Positions 25,814 through 37,100 of a DNA stretch of 64,000 nt are shown piece by piece; within the stretch, counting starts at the first letter, position 1; each line of letters begins with the position of its first letter. The stretch comes from Antedon mediterranea (lineage: Eukaryota; Animalia; Echinodermata): positions 9,176,001 through 9,240,000 of the forward strand of contig NC_092671.1 of the NCBI RefSeq assembly GCF_964355755.1, read 5' to 3'. Under the pieces are notes generated by a model, which worked only from the letters and a program-made list of their open reading frames with translations, did no database searches and had not been told where the DNA came from. Made by a program: the position numbers and the translations under genes.

Positions 25814-26169
25814 AAATCTGTTTTCAATTTGCTCCTTCATTTCTTTTTTCGAACTTACAAAAGTTAAAATACAATAATTACAAAACTGAGATACTACACG
25901 ATATTATAAACATTTTGTTTCTGTTACAGTTTCAATAATAATTCTGGTTTGTGTTCCGCCTAGGCCTATAAAGCTAGATGACCATATAAGGTATTGACAA
26001 TATTATCAAACGATGTACGACATTTGTTGTTATTTATTTCATTCATTTACCAGGATATAGATATTCAGTCAGCCCATTTCACGGTATCTTTTGTGCAATA
26101 GTTATATACTAGCTTACTGATGGACATCAAACTTGAACTAAAACAAAAGTCTGGCTAAATTGTTTATAA

Positions 26170-26394
26170 TTGTCGTATTCGATTTAGACTTTCACCGTTG
26201 AGTACAGTTTTTCCGTTGAGTACTTCTTTAACGGAGTATTTTGAGCGTTGAGATTGTTCTTAATGAAAAAGCTTTCGTTGTCAACGTTTTCTATTCGAAT
26301 GACTTTCTGTTGAGCACAAATTTACAATTCGAATACCAAAAGTACTCAACGAATCTTTACGTTGAAAACGAAAGTTCCCAATCGAATACGACAA
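26170..26394. mobile_element. Unclassified MITE
   Basis: Inverted ends TTGTCGTATTCGATT/AATCGAATACGACAA; internal CGTTGAG subrepeats. Confidence 0.5.
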
Positions 26395-26452
26395 ATGTTC
26401 AAATCAAGCTTGTTTCTATAAAGCTTCGAGTATTAATGTCAATATTGCGAAC

Positions 26453-26493
<41 letters not shown>

Positions 26494-26769
26494 ATCATAT
26501 TTCTATTTTCTTTTATTACAGCAAAACATATCGGTTATTATGTATTCTCTATGATTTAATGAATGAAAAATTATATATTATATATATAAAAGAAAATAGA
26601 AAATATGATTTTACAAGAGATTCACTTTTAGGCCAAATTGATAGTTTTATAGTTCATGCCCAATATACAGCAAAAGAAAATCGCCCTCTTATTCCTTTTA
26701 TTACAAATTGCCAGCAGTTATAGAATAAGGTAAGCGTTATTTCAAAAATTGAAAACTCATGACAACATT

Positions 26770-27874
26770 TTAGTGCCTTTTCAACAGCTCACATTCTCGA
26801 ATTCTACGCCAAATTTCACGTACGCCGTTTTTTAAATCTTCCATCTTTGCCCCGTAGATTATTGGATTAACAGACATATTACTAGTTCTAAGCAGCACGG
26901 TTATTTCGTGCGCAATAATAGTGCTATAATCAAAACACTGACAAATAGCGTATGTTATTGTACGGTATTTTATAAGTTTGGCCTTTTTGGCACCCACGAT
27001 TATAAACATGTATCATTATATCATTATATTTTATTTTATATTAATTTAAACTACTGGATTAACTACAGTTTTGATTTCAATGTTTATGTTTCTATTCGAT
27101 CAATTATTATTATAAATGTTTAACCTGTAATTTAAGGGCAGAGAGTGAACCCACATTTCGTAGGGAAGATCAATTCTCTTGTAATTTTTATTGCTTCCCT
27201 ACTTTGCGTCATTATCAAATAAAATGGCATTTGACACTAACTTTGTTTCGTATTTTTGTGAGAGCCAGTTGTCACAAATAGTGCTATAATCAAAACACTG
27301 ACAAATAGCGTATGTTAAGTACAGAATGAAATTTGGTGCTGTAGTGATAATGAAGGCAACAACAACAATAAACATCGTAAACATAAGATTTTTGTTGACG
27401 GTGACATATGGCTGTTTACCAAAACCACGAGCAGACTGCTGATTATCTGATTGTCTACGTAACTTCAACAGAATTCGACAGTAACAACAGATCATAAAAC
27501 CAGCTGGTAGGAAGAAAACAAAATGAAATATCAATATTCCGGTGGGAAGAACGGCTGCTTTGATATACATATATTCACCCTTCAGGTTTTCATTGGCATC
27601 GGCTATTATGACAACAGAAAAGCAGAGTAAGAACTGTAAAAGAACAAGAACATACAGCAACCAAATAGATCTACTACCGACTGCTGAAATATTAAACCAT
27701 GTAGTAAAGACTTCTTGTACATCTTTATGTACAGGAAAACCAAAGTAACAATGATTTAAACACAATTCCAATGCCGATGACTCCAAAACGTAACGTTATC
27801 AGCCATTTGTCATCATGCAGTTCTTTTGTTGCAGTTCCAGAGGTGGTAGCAGTATAATTTTTGTCCATCATCAT
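26770..27874 (-). pseudogene. GPCR pseudogene of the cluster
   Basis: N-terminus homologous to paralogue 2, then a frameshift, deletion of the TM3-TM4 region, and a 319-bp insert (26958-27276) splitting TM6 from TM7. Confidence 0.85.
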
Positions 27875-29123
27875 AGTCTAAAACAACCATTTTATTAAAG
27901 TCAAGTATTGTAAAAATATTATAGAGGTGGGACATCACAATGCTGCACTTTTCTTCATATACAGTGATTGCACTTATAGCTCATTTAATTTGATAAGTAG
28001 TATATTATTTGAAAATAAATAGTTGGAACCGATATTTAAACAAGATTTTATTCTACCAGTGGAAAGTAACATATTTGGGGCGGCTTCTTCTCATTCTCGA
28101 ATATTTCGTCATTTTTATAATTTCAAATTAATTAATTAATTAATATCAGTGCCTATATCATCACCGGGCGGTCTAGAATTTATTCTGTGCTTGTTTTAAA
28201 AATATATATATACAGGCCTATACTATTCAATTTACTTACCCACTTTTTTAAAAATGACCTATAATATTTAAGTGCACAAACTTAGTTTTGTTTACACGCC
28301 AGGTAGAAACGAACAGGGAATGGCTATATTCTATCAAGTGAAGGTACAGTACACTCTGGCCCGTGTTTTGAAATTACTGTTTAGTGAAACCTGTATTTTA
28401 TTAAGCCAAAGTATACTTTTAAATAACATTATTGTAACTAGACTTAGTTTTAGTCAAAATGAAGTTAGTTACAACATTAACACGATGATAGTCATTTAAG
28501 TAGTTTGGTATTTATCCTGTTTTCCACTCTAGCCGATTTATTCACACGCGAATCGAAAGCGTTGATGTGAATATTGTTTCTATTAATGTTTCAATAATTC
28601 TGGGTTGTATTCCGCTTAGGCCTATATTATAACAGCTAGGTGAACATATATTAAATAAGGTATATTCAGTACTATTATCAAACAATTACAACGACACCTG
28701 TTGTTAGCGTCTATTTATTTCAGTCATTTACCAGCAGGATAGATTGGATTTACATTCAGCTGATTCTCGGTATTTGCACAGTTATAGGCTTACTGGCCTA
28801 CTGATGGCCATCAATGTAACTATGTGATTCTACTATATAGTGAAGCTAAATTAGTTATATTGTATTTATTTCACATCAATGGACCAAAACGATAGAAACC
28901 TCTGTAAGACTTCTTCAATAATGAGTTTACGATACGATATAATAAAGAAAATGGTGAACATTGAAAACTTCGATAACTATTATGTGTTATACGGTTCATG
29001 CCTAATATACCATACAGTAAAAGAAAATCGCCCTCTTATTCCTTTTTGGTTCAAATTGCCAGCAGCTATAGAAAAAGCTAAACGTTAAAATTGAAAATTT
29101 TCCACAGCTGACAAGACCTAGGG

Positions 29124-30098
29124 CTACACGATAGAAGTCATGACATTAGTAGGCGTATGTGAAGTATCCACAGCTGTATCTCGCATTCTACGCCAAATTT
29201 CACGTACGCCGTTTTTGAAATCTTCCATCTTTGCTCCATATATTATTGGATTAACACACATATTACAAGTGGTAATCAGTACGGTTATTTCGTGCGCAAT
29301 AATAGTGCTAAAATCAAAACACTGACAAATAGCGTATGTTAAGTACAAAATGGAATTTGGTGATGTCGTGATAATGAAGGCAATAACAACAATAAACATC
29401 GTAAACATAAGACGTTTGTTCACGGTGACGTATGGCTGTTTACCACGAGCATCCTGATGAATATGTCGAGATTTTCTACGTAACTTACACAGAATTCGCC
29501 AGTAGCAAAAGATCATAAAGCCAGCCGGGATGAGGTACGCAAGAAGAAAAATAGCTATTGTTCTAGGAACAACTGCTACTTTGCTGTACACACATTCACC
29601 CTTCAACTTTGTATTAACATCAGCAATTACAGCAAGATGGAAGGAGATTAAAACCCCGATAATGTAAGGAATCATGTAAAAGAGCCTGGATCTTCCGCCA
29701 ATGTTTCTGTTTCTGTACGTAATAGGATGTACCACTGCAATATATCGCTCAAATGTAATAATCACAAGATTGTAGATGGACGCAAATGCTAGAAACCAAT
29801 AAAGTGCTCGAGCTTTGCAGAAGACACGTCCTCTTGTTCCATCTGGTGCGTCCTGGTTGTAAAAGAACAGATACGTACAGCTGGCGAGTAAATCCACAAT
29901 AGACTGCTGAACGATTAAACCGTGTAGTAAAGACTTCTTATACATCTTTATGTACAGGAAAACTACAATAACAGCACCATTAAGCACGATTCCAATGCCT
30001 ACGACAATACATCGTAATGTTATCAGCCACGATTGATCTCGTGGAGATTCTAGTACCAATAGTGAATCGTTAGTAGTTGACGAATTCGTTTCATTCAT
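29124..30098 (-). CDS. Orphan class A GPCR, paralogue 3, 324 aa
   Basis: Intact 7TM ORF with ERY and NPIIY. Confidence 0.92.
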   Translation of the reverse strand: MNETNSSTTNDSLLVLESPRDQSWLITLRCIVVGIGIVLNGAVIVVFLYIKMYKKSLLHGLIVQQSIVDLLASCTYLFFYNQDAPDGTRGRVFCKARALYWFLAFASIYNLVIITFERYIAVVHPITYRNRNIGGRSRLFYMIPYIIGVLISFHLAVIADVNTKLKGECVYSKVAVVPRTIAIFLLAYLIPAGFMIFCYWRILCKLRRKSRHIHQDARGKQPYVTVNKRLMFTMFIVVIAFIITTSPNSILYLTYAICQCFDFSTIIAHEITVLITTCNMCVNPIIYGAKMEDFKNGVREIWRRMRDTAVDTSHTPTNVMTSIV

Positions 30099-30680
30099 GA
30101 TGAAAAATTGTATACGTACTTATGCTATAATTAATAGTGTCTTGTGATGAAGCGTACTTTATCCTCCTCCTCGATGATTGATGATTAGTGTTTAATTATT
30201 CATTTTCAATTAAACTTAACTACTGTTGTTGTCAGTAGCATAAAATATTAAAACACGTGTTTTTAGCATTATAAACAAGTAGGCAATAATAGTGTCTATG
30301 AATAATTTAATGTGTAACAGTGTACTGTTGTTTACATTATGTATTTAATTAATGACATCGCAATCAAGGTATGTGGTTGCATTTGGTATCGAAAGTACTG
30401 TTGTCGATGACGTGGTAAACCTCAGCTTCTCTGCCTTGCACCACCGGAACCAGACCAAATGCAGTGACATTATGTGTAGATTGTTCTGAATGGTTGCTTT
30501 GGCAAGATAGTATATATGAAAATAGAATCTTCTCTTTTACACTTCTTTTGTAGATTAATAGATTATCATAAATTAAACTTGTTCTCTTCGTGGGTACTGT
30601 TGTTTAACATTTTCTCCTATATTCATTGTAGGCCTATTTTCTTAACCATATTTTGAACAGCTCGGAAATAATGCTGGCTT

Positions 30681-30844
30681 TCAAGACCTAGGGCTACACG
30701 AAAGAAGGCATGGCAATAGTAGGCGTATATGAAGTATCCACAGCTGTATCTCGCATTCTACGCCAAATTTCACGTACACCGTTTTTGAAATCTTCCATCT
30801 TTGCTCCGTAGATTATTGGATTAACACACATATTACAAGTGCTA
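30681..30844 (-). repeat. Tandem partial duplicate of the 3' end (TM7 and C-tail) of the adjacent GPCR
   Basis: Near copy of 30846-31008, directly abutting it. Confidence 0.85.
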
Positions 30845-30845
30845 T

Positions 30846-31808
30846 TCAAGACCTAGGGCTACACGATAGAGTCATGACATTAGTAGGCGTATATGAAGTA
30901 TCCACAGCTGTATCTCGCATTCTACGCCAAATTTCACGCACACCGTTTTTGAAATCTTCCATCTTTGCTCCGTAGATTATAGGATTAACACACATATTAC
31001 AAGTGCTAATCAGTACGGTTATTTCGTGCCCAATAATATTACTGAAATCGAAGCACCGGCAGATATTGTAAATTAGATACATAATAGTGTTTGGCGATAT
31101 TGTGATGATGAAAGCAGCAACAACTATTAGCATCGTCAACACAAGATTTGTTTTCACAGCGACTTGCGGTCGTCGTTTCCTAAAATCAGGAGCGTTGTGC
31201 TTCTTCTCCCGAGATCGTTTTCGTATCCGGAACAGGATCCGACAATAGCAGAAGATCATAAAACTAGCCGGGAAGAAGTATATTAGAATAAACATCAGTG
31301 TTCCTGAAAGAAGACTGGGTACATACATGCACTCACCCTTCAGCTCTTTGTTAACATCAGAAATTATAACAAAGTGGAAGGTAAGTAAAAACCCGATAAT
31401 GTAAGGAATCATGTAAAAGACATTGGATCTTCTGCCAATGTTTCTGTTTCTGTACGTAATAGGATGTACCACTGCAATATATCGCTCAAATGTAATAATC
31501 ACAAGATTGTAAGTTGACGTAAACGCTAGAAACCAATAAAGCGCTCGACCTTTGCAGAAGACACGCCCTCCTGTTCCGTCTGGTGCGTCCTGATTGTAAA
31601 AGAACAGGAACATACAGCAACCAAATAGATCTACTACTGACTGCTGAAATATTAAGCCATGTAGTAAAGACTTCTTGTACATCTTTATGTACAGGAAAAC
31701 CAAAGTAACCATGATATTAAACACAATTCCAATGCCTATGATTAAAAAACGTAAAGTTATCAGCCACGATTGGTCTTGTTCCCCTGTTGACAAAATCGTT
31801 TCATTCAT
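30846..31808 (-). CDS. Orphan class A GPCR, paralogue 4, 320 aa
   Basis: Intact 7TM ORF with ERY and NPIIY. Confidence 0.92.
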   Translation of the reverse strand: MNETILSTGEQDQSWLITLRFLIIGIGIVFNIMVTLVFLYIKMYKKSLLHGLIFQQSVVDLFGCCMFLFFYNQDAPDGTGGRVFCKGRALYWFLAFTSTYNLVIITFERYIAVVHPITYRNRNIGRRSNVFYMIPYIIGFLLTFHFVIISDVNKELKGECMYVPSLLSGTLMFILIYFFPASFMIFCYCRILFRIRKRSREKKHNAPDFRKRRPQVAVKTNLVLTMLIVVAAFIITISPNTIMYLIYNICRCFDFSNIIGHEITVLISTCNMCVNPIIYGAKMEDFKNGVREIWRRMRDTAVDTSYTPTNVMTLSCSPRS

Positions 31809-32994
31809 AATGGCAGTACGTTTGCTCTTGGGTTCGTCTATTGAGCAAGGTTTTGCTCTATCGTCGGAAACTTCAATAATCGAGGTTTTATAATATCTGA
31901 CGATGTTATTGGTAATTGTACATACTTCTTTAGGCTATAGTAGTTCTTGTTATTTGCAATATGTGCATTAATAGTTTGATTGCAAATAAATAAATATGCT
32001 GACAATAAACATATGTGCTTTGGAATAATGATGTTTGATTTGAATAATTTATACAGTAGTTTATGGATGATAGGCCTATGGTGTCGTGTGTTCAATTATG
32101 CTCCAGGGTATGAACTGACGCGCCGCATGGTAAGTAAGCTGTACTACGGCTGAGAAGGATGATATGATTTTTATACTATATTTAAATTGTATATTTGTTC
32201 CATATATTATTAGATAAAACATTTGTATAATCTATCTCAGTATCAAAAATGACATTCTCCGGAACATTGAAGTTATTCCATATTTTAAAAACACAATCTG
32301 CCTAACAGTATTAATATAATTAGGCCTATAGCCTACTTCGCATTATGTCATATTAATGTAGGCTATTAATTATCCGTTATGAATTTCTGAGAATTATCCG
32401 GTTTCTGAAATTGAAACAGCAGAGAATTTACAATTAAATTAGGCTAGTTAGTATCAGAACCTTTAACATTATAGAAATCAATGTTGAAATTATATAGAAA
32501 TAAGTATAGCTAAATCACTACAGTATAGAAATATCCTTTAGTAGAAGCTTTAATATTTGTAGAAATTAATACTAACCTAGGCTGAGTTACAATTGCATAT
32601 AAAATGAATTAATATTTGTTTAATAGTCGCAGAAGTATTGGGTATTATATTCACTATAATATCTCTATGAGCTGTGTAACTGATGAGAAATTATTCAGAC
32701 TGTTGTACCTGAGATTGTTTGTCACAGTTTTAGTACTATTACATTGCCATGGATAATCATATGGTTTATTAAACTAGGGTAGAGAAAAAAAATTACTCTT
32801 CCCAGTTTTAGACAATTATTGTTTTATTGTTCAATCTCAATACGTCACTCACGGCCTTGAATAATCATGCTGCTAAACTCAACGTATATATTCTGCAGTT
32901 TACATATTGCTGTGGAAAGGTATATATTTTTGTTATTAAAAACAAATTAATTAGGGTCTATAATAGCTTTTGATAAAAATGTGATACGTTTTTC

Positions 32995-33110
32995 TTATCC
33001 GATTGGGGGCAGCATATACACGCGTGCGCATCAGCAAGCTTGCAAGGCAAGGCCGAGTTTTTTAGTCGTGCGAGCTGCTTTCCTGATGAAAGAAATCGAA
33101 AATTTGGTAT
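32995..33110 (+). promoter_or_regulatory. Probable promoter and non-coding first exon of the cyclophilin gene
   Basis: Local GC/CpG-rich patch with a reverse CCAAT (GATTGG) and a possible donor at about 33107; acceptor at 34161 upstream of the ATG. Confidence 0.4.
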
Positions 33111-33662
33111 AAATTGTGCGTTTAATTTAGTTATTGCTATGTTTTTTTGTTTATATATAAGTTTAGAAATCAATAAAACGATAATAATGTGCACTCTAGG
33201 CTGAGTTTGGACCCATGAACATACTATTATAGCTCGGCTAAACTAGGCTAACTACTGTAAGCACTCCACTAAACTAAACTAGCCTAGGCCTAGAGGTAGG
33301 CCTAGCTAGCTAGTAGGCCTATACTACTACTATCTAATAGGCCTAGGCTACTATAGTACTAATACTAGCTAGCCTAGTCCTTTAGGCCTAACTACTAGGC
33401 CGGGAATCCACTAGGCCTACCCAGCTATCTATAGTAGTAGGTCTTCTATGCAAGCCTGTGTGTGTGTGTGTTTCCTTCCTTGCCTTGCATCTATGTGGCA
33501 TACCCGTTCCGTCTTTCCTTGTCCAAACTTCTAAAGCCAAGACATACTGTATTCCTGTCACTTTTTTCTAGTAGGCTAGGCCATACCTTTTATTTATCAC
33601 ATTTTAATAAATCGATCCTCTGTCCCCAAAATAAATATTCTCTATTAGTACAGAGTATTACA

Positions 33663-33995
33663 GGGTGTGTAGAAAGCGATGACCTCGAATTGGACGACCC
33701 GGGCGACCTTGAATTGGACGACCTAGAATTGGACAACCTAGAATTGGACAACCCATAACACGAAACCGACGACCCCTATAGCCTAGCCTAGGCCTAAGTG
33801 TGGTATAACATCCCGAAGCTGAACATAGCCAAAGATCTTTAAACCATACCTTATAATATATAACACTCGCAAGCAAGCAATTGCTTCGGGATGTTATACC
33901 ACACTTTAGGCTAGGCTATAGGGGTCGTCGGTTTCGTGTTATGGGTTGTCCAATTCTAGGTCATCCAATTCGAGGTCATCGCTTTCTACACACCC
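33663..33995. mobile_element. MULE/Mutator-like MITE
   Basis: Long TIRs (GGGTGTGTAGAAAGCGATGACCTCGAATTGGA...) with 15-bp subrepeats; perfect 10-bp TSD GAGTATTACA at 33653-33662 and 33996-34005. Confidence 0.85.
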
Positions 33996-34172
33996 GAGTA
34001 TTACATTATAAAGCAAGTACTTACTGTAAGCTAACCTATGCCTAGTAGTAGTAGTAGTGATGAAGAAGTAGGCCAAAAAAATAAGTAAAAAATACAATTA
34101 CAGTAGGCCTATTGCCTTATTCTTCATCAATTCATTTTCTTCTTTTATCAACTAATTACAGGCTGAAGTAAG

Positions 34173-37100
34173 ATGTCACTGGAAGAACAACACCGTCCTC
34201 GCTGTTTCCTTGACTTTTCAGTTAATGGAACAACTGGTAAGAAAGAATTTGCAATTTCTCACTGTGTACTGTATGCGTGTTGACAGAGAGTTAAAATTGG
34301 ATACATTTTGTTATTTATTTTATTACCAAATGATATACTCTAATTAAAAAGTTCAGTTAACATTATGAAAAACAATACTAGTAGTACTGTATATTATTAT
34401 GTTAAATAAGGTTATAAAAAATAGATTTAATATGTGATTTAATTTTAATCTTTTTTATTCACAGTAGGAAGAGTTGTGTTTGAACTTTTTGCTGACCTTT
34501 GCCCTATCACCTGCGAGAATTTCAGAGCCCTGTGTACAGGTGGGTGTACTTTAAAGCTCATTGTTTTTGCGAAGGTGACACTGCAGGCCCATTTGAACCT
34601 AAATGACGTGTTTGTATTGGTTTATCTGTGTAAAATCCAGAATTAATTGAATTACCATAAAATAAATAAAATCTATAAACCACAGGCCTGTTTAGATACG
34701 CAAAATCTGCTTCTAAACATTTCATTAATGTTTTTCAATTTCAAACAAGACTAATTATTATTAAATCTGAGAATTCAACAATAACAGGAGCCAAACCCCA
34801 TCACCCCCATTATCTCGCGTTCTATCTCAACCCCCCCCCCCTCCCCATTTGACCCAATTCTGCACCACGTCATGCTAGTTTGTGTTAAACAGACTCGGTC
34901 TGATAATCTAACACTAATATCTAGCAATTATTTGGAATATTCCTTTTTAATTTTAGGTGAGAAAGGAGTTGGAAAGGTTACAGGTAAACCCCTTCATTAC
35001 AAGGACACCCCTATTCATAGAATAGTCAAGGATTTTATCATCCAAAGTGGTGATTTTAGTGCAGGTAAAGTTTATTATTAATTTTAAAAGCTCTTAGATA
35101 AACTACAATAGAATACTGATAGTTTCTTTTCTATTTAAAATGTGCATGTCTGCCATACTATGTATTACAATAGTATTGATGATATTAAATGTAAAATGTG
35201 TAGTTTTTCTTGAAGTTTATTTCATTGAGTTTCTCAACCTTTGCAGTAAGCTTGGTTCCCACTAGATTCAACGCAATATAAAATAAACATTAACTACATC
35301 TATCACTTTTTTTTTTACAGGAAATGGAACTGGAGGGGAGTCAATTTATGATGGTACTTTTAAAGGTAAGATTTCATTTCATACAGTACTTTAAGTTAAG
35401 CTATGTCTACAGTACACTATCAAAAAGTATAAGGGAAATCACATAAATTTTGATAGTGTAGACAAGGCTTTAGGTATTAAACTGCAGCATGGATTGAAAT
35501 GACAGATGTTTATGATGTTGTACACAAATATGTTTGCTTTTAAACTCCTGCATTTTCCTTTTGTAAAAAGTAATTCGAAAATAGATATACTTACATAATT
35601 AATTAGTAGCAAAAATTAAAAATAAACTACATATTTTATTTGCCAATGCAGTAATGTTCTCAACATCCAGTATATCGCATCAGTTATACATCAAATTCAC
35701 TCCTCTAATTCAAATGTATTATCCTGCTGTTATTGACTGCACAATCTGTTCTCATTATGACTTAATATTTAAAAAATGTGACCACATGATATATAATTGA
35801 AGTTAAAGCAATGTAATTTCAAATTATGAATTACTTTCACCGTCATGCTCTATTTATTACCGGCTATTATTGGATAAGATAGACAGATACCTTTTTCACT
35901 CAAACTCAAATTCCGGCGAGCTCACATGTGGGTAGCTGTGAAAATAGTTACTTTGCGTCATCTTCTTAGAATATTTTTATAGATAGTTTTTGTGTGTGCT
36001 TAGAAACATTGTATTAGATGCTACATTAAAGACAACCATTATTATTTATTGTTATCACTATACTGTAAAAGCAGGGTTTTGAGTTTGTTTAGCTCTACGT
36101 TTTTAAAATGTCACAATCATGCAGGTTGAGCTATCCTCTGATGCATACTGTACCAGTTGGGTACATTTTTCAATTACAGTGTATACAGTAGTTATACACT
36201 TGGTGACAATACAATCAACCTTGAGTTTGTTTAGTTCCATGTTTTTCAAATGTCACAATCATAGAAACTGTCACAAACACTGTTGATGCTCACCTCACCT
36301 GCTGATTTACAAATAATGCTAATTTTTTTCAAACTTTTGTTTTCTCAGCTGTGCTCTTTGCTTCCAATTTATACCTTGCTGTGCCACCCAGAATCAAATC
36401 AATATCTAATCAAATATTTACACTTTTTCTCCAAACTACTGTAGTATCCCTATATAAGGTTTTTTTAATCTGTGAACAAATTAAAAAGAAGCTAATTTCA
36501 CTTGATTCTGGTAGGTATGGGTGTCAACATTTACCAAAAAAAAGTGAGCTTGGGTAAAGGGGTGTGGGACATTTTTTGAGAGTCAATTGTCAGTGACCAA
36601 AAAAACTATATTATTCTTATACTGTACAGGAACCATGCCATAAAAATAGTATTATTAGTATGATAAAACACATTTTGGTTTTGACACCTACTACTGTACA
36701 CTATATTCTAATGCACAATACCAAGATTTTGAAACGTTAGCAGGAGGATTTATTTACAGAGTAGAAGATTAATATGTGTACAGTAAGCCTAGTATCAGGG
36801 AGTTTACAACTCCCTGCTAGTATACTGTTTATTTCTTATTGGGGCTACTGTATTTTGTCTCTTTGAGTACTTGTTCATCTACCGTTCTAGAATGAAAGCT
36901 TCCTGTGATTTTTGTAGCAGTCTACTGACGTTTTCTTTTATTAGTAAAGCTGTGCCATATTTCTTGCCTATGTTTCAGTCAAATTTTGATTTTACTTGCA
37001 CGGCATATTTATAACCGTGCTGGGATGGCTACTGGTCCTGGCCAAGTTGCGTGAATGAAAGCTTGACCATTCAATAAACCTCCCTGCTGTGAACATGTCT

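Noticed and set aside
33462-33876. ORFs with LELDD or GCPIL repeats
   Set aside because: They are translations of the 15-bp subrepeats in the MULE MITE arm.
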